From an uncultured Bacilli bacterium (GTDB taxonomy: Bacteria > Bacillota_I > Bacilli_A > RF39 > UBA660), in assembly GCA_944358255.1 (NCBI GenBank), contig CALVQQ010000003.1:1-49853 (forward strand): a DNA stretch of 49,853 bases, in the 5' to 3' direction. Shown here in pieces: positions 41,440 to 46,752 of the stretch. The notes beneath the pieces were generated by a model. It saw only the letters and a list, made by a program, of their open reading frames with translations, did not search any database and was not told where the DNA came from. Position numbers and translations under genes: made by a program. Position 1 is the stretch's first letter. Every line of letters begins with the position of its first letter.

Positions 41440-41468
41440 ATTATACCATAATTCATTAAATATGTCAA
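41440..41468 (-). promoter_or_regulatory. Consensus promoter for mraZ
   Basis: Minus strand TTGACA - 17 nt - TGGTATAAT. Confidence 0.6.
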
Positions 41469-41492
41469 AAAGTGTAAACTAAAAAAAATATC

Positions 41493-41521
41493 TTGCATTA
41501 TATAAAAATACAAAATATAAT
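41493..41521 (+). promoter_or_regulatory. Promoter for the lipoprotein gene
   Basis: TTGCAT - 17 nt - TATAAT. Confidence 0.6.
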
Positions 41522-41557
41522 TACATTGAAAGCATATTAGGTAAAGGAGGATAAAAA

Positions 41558-42016
41558 ATGAAAAAATATCTAATAATCTTACTAACTTTTGGAATGTTTT
41601 TTGTAACTGGATGTGGAAATAGTTCTGGAACACTAACTTGCACAAAAACAGAAATGAGCGAAGATGGGTATAGTACCAATACTACTATGGTGGTAACTTA
41701 TGCAGACAAAATAGTTACTAAAGTCGAACAAACTAGTATCGAAGAAATGGAAGCAGATTTTGTTGATACATCTATTTATTTTAGTCAATTACTAGCAGAA
41801 TCATTAAATGAAATAGACGGTTATAATATAACATTTGAAAAAGAAAATGACATGGCTGTTAGAATTGTAACTACAATTGATTATACTATATTAGATAGTG
41901 AAAAAATAAAAGAAACATTTGGAAGTTCATACAAAGAAGACGCTTTATACTCACTTTCAAACATCACTATAGAAGATTTTAAAGAAACTCAACTAGACGG
42001 ATATACTTGCAAATAA
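41558..42016 (+). CDS. Lipoprotein (YehR/DUF1307-like size and layout)
   Basis: 152 aa. Signal peptide with lipobox FFVTGC. RBS AAAGGAGG. Confidence 0.8.
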   Translation: MKKYLIILLTFGMFFVTGCGNSSGTLTCTKTEMSEDGYSTNTTMVVTYADKIVTKVEQTSIEEMEADFVDTSIYFSQLLAESLNEIDGYNITFEKENDMAVRIVTTIDYTILDSEKIKETFGSSYKEDALYSLSNITIEDFKETQLDGYTCK

Positions 42017-42022
42017 AAATTT

Positions 42023-42047
42023 AAACGACTTAACAAAAGTCGTTTTT
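42023..42047 (+). terminator. Intrinsic terminator after the lipoprotein gene
   Basis: AAACGACTT-aacaa-AAGTCGTTT followed by TT. Confidence 0.7.
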
Positions 42048-42092
42048 ATGTGCTTAAAAATATATTTATATTTAAACTAATATCAAGATAAA

Positions 42093-42186
42093 TTTAAGTA
42101 ATTTTTAAGTAATTTGAAACATTCAACAATGAAAAAAGCCCATAAACACGGGCTTTGCGGTCATTTTGGTGGAGAATGTGGGACTT
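42093..42186. repeat. Left 94-bp direct repeat (att site, displaced copy of the tRNA-Ala 3' end plus its downstream flank)
   Basis: Base-for-base identical to 45581-45674 (checked by eye over all 94 nt). Contains the last 20 nt of tRNA-Ala (TGGTGGAGAATGTGGGACTT on the + strand) and a copy of its terminator hairpin. Confidence 0.88.
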
Positions 42187-42294
42187 CCCAAAATATGTTT
42201 TATTTCATTCTTTTACCTATTTTACCGTACTTCTTCTTACTTTATATTACTAATTTTTACTACATTTAACTTAAATTTAAGTAATTTTTAAGTA

Positions 42295-43212
42295 ATGAAA
42301 AACAACGAAAATAAACATATTGTTTGTCGCACTATCCAGTGCGACAACAATTTACTTGATAGTAAGCACATAACTCCGACAAATAAAAAGCTTTACAATA
42401 TAAAATTAGTAGAATGTGGCGATTATATACAAATATATTTTTATAATAGTAAAAAACTTAAAAGTGTAAAAGAAAATGATGAATTTAACTTAATCAAAAA
42501 AAATATTAGTAATAATTGTGAAAATAATGATAATAATAAAATCTTTTTAAACGATGAAAACAATTCAATAGATAAGAACATTGAAATGCGAAGTATTATA
42601 AGAAGTAAATTACAATGTCAAAGAATTGCTAAAACAAACATGAAAGAGTGGAAATCATTTATAACATTAACATTTGGCGATAATATTACTAACGTAAAAC
42701 TTGCAAATAAACAATTTCAATATTATAGAGATAAAGTTAAACGAGTAAAAAAAGATTTTAAATATTTATGCATCCCTGAATTTCAAAAACGTGGAGCAGT
42801 TCATTACCATTTATTAACTAATATTCCTTGTAATAGTAATTTAATACCAAAAAGAATTTTAAAAAATTTATATAATCCCATAAATAATACATGGAAAAAA
42901 TTAAACTATTATGATTTAAAATACTGGAACAATGGATTTTCAAGCGCCGAGATTATTACTGGAGAAGTAAAAAAAATTATAGGTTATATTGCAAAATACA
43001 TGACCAAAAATATTGATAATCGCCTATTTAATCATCATAGATATTTTTATAGTCAAAATTTACAAAAACCAAAGGAAAGTTTTATAAATATAGATAAAAA
43101 AATTGAAAAAGAATATTTAACAAAAAAACTTAAAAATAAAACTATTATATATGAAAATGACTATTTAAACCCACTCACAAATGAAATTATAAATTTTCAA
43201 GAATTAATATAA
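42295..43212 (+). CDS. rep: HUH-superfamily rolling-circle replication initiator (Rep), two-tyrosine type
   Basis: 305 aa. Motif I FITLTF (res 122-127), motif II HUH = AVHYHLL (res 168-174), motif III GYIAKYMTK (res 230-238; compare phiX174 gpA YVAKYVNK). No Shine-Dalgarno sequence. The ATG is embedded in the TTAAGTAAT repeat. Confidence 0.78.
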   Translation: MKNNENKHIVCRTIQCDNNLLDSKHITPTNKKLYNIKLVECGDYIQIYFYNSKKLKSVKENDEFNLIKKNISNNCENNDNNKIFLNDENNSIDKNIEMRSIIRSKLQCQRIAKTNMKEWKSFITLTFGDNITNVKLANKQFQYYRDKVKRVKKDFKYLCIPEFQKRGAVHYHLLTNIPCNSNLIPKRILKNLYNPINNTWKKLNYYDLKYWNNGFSSAEIITGEVKKIIGYIAKYMTKNIDNRLFNHHRYFYSQNLQKPKESFINIDKKIEKEYLTKKLKNKTIIYENDYLNPLTNEIINFQELI

Positions 43213-43671
43213 CTATTTTTCATCATTTCTAAAAAGATAATAAATGAAAGCTAAATTAATAATTCCTCTATCATATAAACCTAAACATTTATAGAAAATT
43301 GAAAAAGCTTCTAATTCCCCTATTTTATTTTGTTTGTAATCATCTACAACTTTATTTAAATCTATTTCATTTTTAGAATTACAATATCTTTTATATAATT
43401 TTTCACTTGAACCTAAAAATTCAAAATCTTGCAAATTATTAAGTAATTCAACATCAAAACCTTCATAATTACAAGCTTTTAATAATTTTACAATTGATAT
43501 ATCAAGAGTTTCACTAAGATTAAATAGTATAAATAGATTAGGTTTTTGCACTTCTCCACTCTCTATTCTTGATATAAGAGAATTGTCTACATTTATTTTT
43601 TTTGCAAGTTCTCTTTGTGAAATATTTAATTTATTTCTTTTTTCTTTTATTAAATCGCTTAAATTATTCAT
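43213..43671 (-). CDS. XRE-family HTH repressor (cI-like) with an uncharacterised C-terminal domain
   Basis: 152 aa. N-terminal LNISQRELAKKINVDNSLISRIESGEV helix-turn-helix. Divergent from the xis-like gene. Its stop codon abuts the rep stop codon with 0 nt between them. Confidence 0.85.
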   Translation of the reverse strand: MNNLSDLIKEKRNKLNISQRELAKKINVDNSLISRIESGEVQKPNLFILFNLSETLDISIVKLLKACNYEGFDVELLNNLQDFEFLGSSEKLYKRYCNSKNEIDLNKVVDDYKQNKIGELEAFSIFYKCLGLYDRGIINLAFIYYLFRNDEK

Positions 43672-43696
43672 AATTATTACCTACTTACTAAATAAA

Positions 43697-43725
43697 ATAA
43701 TATCATAAAAACTACGTATAATCAA
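43697..43725 (-). promoter_or_regulatory. Promoter of the XRE repressor gene
   Basis: Minus strand TTGATT - 17 nt - TGATATTAT (extended -10). Confidence 0.5.
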
Positions 43726-43741
43726 ACTAATAATAAAAGTG

Positions 43742-43770
43742 TTGACACATTCAACAAACAATGATATATT
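43742..43770 (+). promoter_or_regulatory. Rightward promoter (xis-like/orf79/int) with operator-like repeats
   Basis: TTGACA - 17 nt - TATATT. TTCAACAA (43750-43757) and its inverse TTGTTGAA (43775-43782) bracket the -10. A third ATTCAACA lies at 43785-43792. Confidence 0.55.
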
Positions 43771-43810
43771 TATCTTGTTGAAGAATTCAACAGAAAGGAG
43801 AAGTAATTAT

Positions 43811-44074
43811 ATGAATTATCAAGAATTATTTAATTTAATATCAAAGCCATGGGCAAGCGTAAAAGACATAAAAAAAATTGCTAATTGTGGTAGAGATAGA
43901 GCATCTAAAATTAGAGATACTATTATTCTAGATATTATTAATAATGGCAAAAACATACCTATTGCACGAGAAAAGATTGTACCTATGGAAAATGTTATAA
44001 GCTATTTAAATCTAAATTTAGATTATATTTTTACAATGGCTCAAAAAGAAAAGCTAATACAAGTTTGTAAATAG
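43811..44074 (+). CDS. Small DNA-binding protein, excisionase/DUF3173-like
   Basis: 87 aa from ATG 43811 (RBS AAAGGAG, 9-nt spacing). The layout ...DIKKIANCGRDRASKIRDTI...KIVPMENVISYL resembles the small Xis-type proteins found upstream of tyrosine integrases in Firmicute integrative elements. The assignment is by resemblance only. Confidence 0.45.
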   Translation: MNYQELFNLISKPWASVKDIKKIANCGRDRASKIRDTIILDIINNGKNIPIAREKIVPMENVISYLNLNLDYIFTMAQKEKLIQVCK

Positions 44075-44220
44075 GCAATTGGAATATCGCACCCGCTACA
44101 TAAGTATGCGGGGAGAATATGCCGAGAAAACTATTTACAAACAATACACAATTATAATGGTATTGCAAAAATGAAATTAGAATAATTCATTTTTGTTATA
44201 TATCATGGAAAGGACACGTT

Positions 44221-44460
44221 ATGAAAAATACAAACAATATACAAGTCACAAATCTAAATATTGAAGAAATTAATCTTTATGTAATAAATGAATTATTGAA
44301 TAGCATATCTTATTTAGAAATTCCACTAAACTTTAAAAATACATTAGATAATCTTATTTTTGACATAGAAAATTATCTTTTTCCACTTCCTAATTCATTA
44401 AGACAAAAAGATGCCTATAATCAAAAATGGACTGTTACAACATTTTTTTCTAACAAATAA
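44221..44460 (+). CDS. Hypothetical protein (orf79), the only candidate cargo of the element
   Basis: 79 aa. RBS GGAAAGGA 7 nt upstream. Its stop lies 7 nt before the int ATG. No recognisable motif. Confidence 0.4.
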   Translation: MKNTNNIQVTNLNIEEINLYVINELLNSISYLEIPLNFKNTLDNLIFDIENYLFPLPNSLRQKDAYNQKWTVTTFFSNK

Positions 44461-44467
44461 TAGGTGT

Positions 44468-45553
44468 ATGGCTGTATATAAAAACAAAAATACGTGGTTT
44501 TTCCGTACTTATGTTACTGATAATTTAGGACATAGAAAACAAATATATAAAAGCGGTTTTGCATCAAAATCTATTGCAAAATTGGAAGAACAGCAATATA
44601 TTTTACAATATAAAAAAATAGTTGGAGAAAATATCTTATTTAGTGATTTATACGAACAATATAAAACATTTAAAAGTCAAACTATTAAACCGCAGTCTTT
44701 TATAACTATTTGTAATAAAATTGAAAATCATATTTTGCCCTATTTTAAAGATTATAAAATAAAAGAAATAAATCATATAGTATATATAAATTGGAAAAAA
44801 TACATTTTACAAAAAAAATATTCTTTTAAATATATGTCTAGTTTACATATTTGTATGGTTAACATCTTGAATTATGCTATGCAATATTTTGGATTAGAAA
44901 ATAATGTGGCAAGTAAAACTGGAAATTTTATTAATATAAATGCTATAAAAAAATATGACTATTGGACTTTTGAAGAATTTTACACATTTATAAATAAAGT
45001 TAATGAAATAGAATATAAAGTTTTATTTCGTGTACTATTTTTTACTGGCATGAGATTAGGAGAATGTTTAGCACTTAATTGGGAAGATATCAAAAGCGAT
45101 TATATAAGTATTAATAAAACTATCGCACAAAAAGTAAGAACTAATGGAAACTATATAGTTACTACACCAAAATCACTATCTTCAAATAGAGTTATCAAAT
45201 TAGACAAAGAAACAATTTATAATTTAAATTTATTAAAAAGATTTTATAGTCAATTTATAGGCTTTAATAATAACTGGTATATCTTTGGTGGTATTAAGCC
45301 ACTAGCAACAACAACTATTTCAAGAAAAAAAAATTACTATTGTGATTTAGCAAAAGTAAAAAGAATAAAAATACACGAATTTAGACATAGTCATGCAAGT
45401 TTATTAATATCAAAAGGAATACCAATTACCATGATAAGCGCTAGATTAGGACATAGAGATGTATCAATGACATTAAAAGTTTATTCTCATTTAATACCAC
45501 ATGATGAAGAAAAAATTATCAACTTAATTAATCAAGTTGAAGAAAGGAATTAA
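44468..45553 (+). CDS. int: Tyrosine recombinase / phage-type integrase
   Basis: 361 aa from ATG 44468 (RBS AGGTG). Catalytic residues FTGMRLGE (R), HEFRHSHAS (H-x-x-R-H), GHRDVSMTLKVYSHL (H...Y). N-terminal AVYKNKNTWFFRTY is an arm-binding-type domain. Confidence 0.92.
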   Translation: MAVYKNKNTWFFRTYVTDNLGHRKQIYKSGFASKSIAKLEEQQYILQYKKIVGENILFSDLYEQYKTFKSQTIKPQSFITICNKIENHILPYFKDYKIKEINHIVYINWKKYILQKKYSFKYMSSLHICMVNILNYAMQYFGLENNVASKTGNFININAIKKYDYWTFEEFYTFINKVNEIEYKVLFRVLFFTGMRLGECLALNWEDIKSDYISINKTIAQKVRTNGNYIVTTPKSLSSNRVIKLDKETIYNLNLLKRFYSQFIGFNNNWYIFGGIKPLATTTISRKKNYYCDLAKVKRIKIHEFRHSHASLLISKGIPITMISARLGHRDVSMTLKVYSHLIPHDEEKIINLINQVEERN

Positions 45554-45560
45554 TACTACT

Positions 45561-45603
45561 TTAAGTAATTTTAAGTAATTTTTAAGTAATTTTTAAGTAA
45601 TTT
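45561..45603 (+). repeat. Four tandem copies of TTAAGTAATT(T), 10-11-bp period, at the int-proximal end of the element
   Basis: Units at 45561-70, 45571-81, 45582-92 and 45593-603. Two more at 42094-42115 (left repeat) and two at 42277-42296 (overlapping the rep ATG). All eight are in the same orientation. Confidence 0.85.
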
Positions 45604-45674
45604 GAAACATTCAACAATGAAAAAAGCCCATAAACACGGGCTTTGCGGTCATTTTGGTGGAGAATGTGGGACTT
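45581..45674. repeat. Right 94-bp direct repeat (att site overlapping the tRNA-Ala 3' end)
   Basis: Identical to 42093-42186. Positions 45655-45674 are the 3' 20 nt of the intact tRNA-Ala. Confidence 0.88.
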
Positions 45675-45731
45675 GAACCCGCGACCCCCTGCGTGCAAGG
45701 CAGGTGCTCTAGCCAACTGAGCTAATTCCCC
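45655..45731 (-). tRNA. tRNA-Ala (anticodon TGC), CCA encoded
   Basis: Minus strand GGGGAAT-TA-GCTC-AGTTGGCTA-GAGC-A-CCTGC-CTTGCAC-GCAGG-GGGTC-GCGGG-TTCAAGT-CCCAC-ATTCTCC-A-CCA. It has the G3:U70 Ala identity pair. A terminator hairpin (AAAGCCC-GTGTTTAT-GGGCTTT + T-run) lies downstream. Confidence 0.92.
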
Positions 45732-45767
45732 AAAATGGTAGGCACTTGATATTAATCAAGCATAAAG

Positions 45768-45797
45768 AGTGTATCATATTATAAACGAGTATGTCAA
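45768..45797 (-). promoter_or_regulatory. Promoter for tRNA-Ala
   Basis: Minus strand TTGACA (overlapping the yvcK stop codon) - 18 nt - TGATACACT (extended -10). Confidence 0.45.
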
Positions 45798-46744
45798 GAC
45801 TTTTCTGAAAGTAAATAAGAAAAAATAGCCATACTTAATTTTAAAGAATCATGCCTAATCATATTATTTTGAAGTTGAAAAAAGTTAGAGGCTATAACCT
45901 TAGTATCAGTTAAATTTTCAAAATCAACAATCACTTGATCCTTTTGTTCCTCATTAGCATATTTATCAAGCAATTTCTTAGGAATATTTTTATTATTAAC
46001 CAAAACAGTATGAATTTTTTTTGTACCCAAATAACTATTCAGCAAACTAACATGATCACTAACTTTAAAACCATCAGTCTCACCAGGCTGTGTCATCATA
46101 TTGCAGACGTAAATAATATTAGCATTAGACTTATCAATTTCATCTATTACACTTTTACATATTAAATTAGGAACAATACTTGTAAAAACACTACCCATGC
46201 TTAATATTATTAAATTTGCCTCTCTAATAGCTTTAAGAGCCAAAGAATTTATCTCAGGTGTATCCTTATAAAAAACCTCTTTTATTTTCTTATCACTTTC
46301 AGTAATATTATGTTCTCCCTCAATAATAGAATCATCTTCCATTCTACCCATCAAAGTCACATTATCTTCCGTCAACGGAACTACTTTTCCTCTTAAATTA
46401 AGAACTTTTGACAAAGCTTCTACTCCGTCACTCATATTACCGGTTATATTTGAAGCAGCAGTTAAAAGCAAATTTCCAACAGTATGTCCATTCAAATCAC
46501 TCGTAGTATTAAACCTATAATTAAGCAATTTTTCCACCAAAGGCTCAGTTTCTGACAAAGCAACTAAAACCTGTCTAACATCGCCAACCGCAGGAATATT
46601 AAACTCATCTCTCAATCTACCAGTACTTCTACCATCATCACTTACAGAAACAATCGCAGTAATATCAACCGGAAACATTTTTAATCCTTTTAACAAAGTA
46701 GAAAGTCCAGTACCCCCGCCTAAAACAACAACTTTTTTATTCAT
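45794..46744 (-). CDS. yvcK: YvcK/GlmR family gluconeogenesis/cell-shape factor (CofD-like)
   Basis: 316 aa. N-terminal VVVLGGGTGLSTLLKGLK and family-typical blocks (SVSDDGRSTG, GPGSxxTS-like MGSVFTSIVPNL). Confidence 0.9.
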   Translation of the reverse strand: MNKKVVVLGGGTGLSTLLKGLKMFPVDITAIVSVSDDGRSTGRLRDEFNIPAVGDVRQVLVALSETEPLVEKLLNYRFNTTSDLNGHTVGNLLLTAASNITGNMSDGVEALSKVLNLRGKVVPLTEDNVTLMGRMEDDSIIEGEHNITESDKKIKEVFYKDTPEINSLALKAIREANLIILSMGSVFTSIVPNLICKSVIDEIDKSNANIIYVCNMMTQPGETDGFKVSDHVSLLNSYLGTKKIHTVLVNNKNIPKKLLDKYANEEQKDQVIVDFENLTDTKVIASNFFQLQNNMIRHDSLKLSMAIFSYLLSEKS

Positions 46745-46752
46745 AAATCCCC

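Larger units (their letters stand above)
42093..45674. mobile_element. Small integrative element (3488-bp repeat-to-repeat unit) inserted at the 3' end of tRNA-Ala(UGC): rep, xre, xis-like, orf79, int
   Basis: Perfect 94-bp direct repeats. The tyrosine integrase gene is adjacent to the intact tRNA, and the tRNA 3' end points into the element. Divergent XRE/Xis-like switch and a HUH Rep. Housekeeping genes flank it on both sides. Confidence 0.8.

Noticed and set aside
41469-41476. An AAAGTGT heptamer upstream of mraZ as a Mollicutes-type MraZ operator.
   Set aside because: Only one copy is present and it is on the opposite strand. Described MraZ operators are arrays of several direct repeats.
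42181-42197. The sequence just past the left repeat (ACTT|CCCAAAAT) resembles the junction at the tRNA-Ala 5' end (AATTCCCC|AAAAT, 45725-45736), as if the left copy were an internally deleted tRNA.
   Set aside because: Only about 8-11 nt match, and much of that is A-rich. The resulting sequence cannot form a sensible acceptor helix. Ordinary tRNA-3'-end duplication by integration explains the left repeat without it.
43739-44467. The longer ORF-track versions of the xis-like gene (start 43739) and of int (start 44411, overlapping orf79).
   Set aside because: The 43739 start is a GTG overlapping the TTGACA -35 box, while ATG 43811 has a good AAAGGAG RBS. For int, ATG 44468 follows AGGTG and the orf79 stop, and the protein then begins with the conserved AVYKNKNTWFF arm-binding segment.
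45561-45603. The tandem TTAAGTAATTT units considered as a CRISPR-like or minisatellite array.
   Set aside because: The units are contiguous 10-11-mers with no spacers, and there are no cas genes. The pattern fits protein-binding iterons or arm sites instead.
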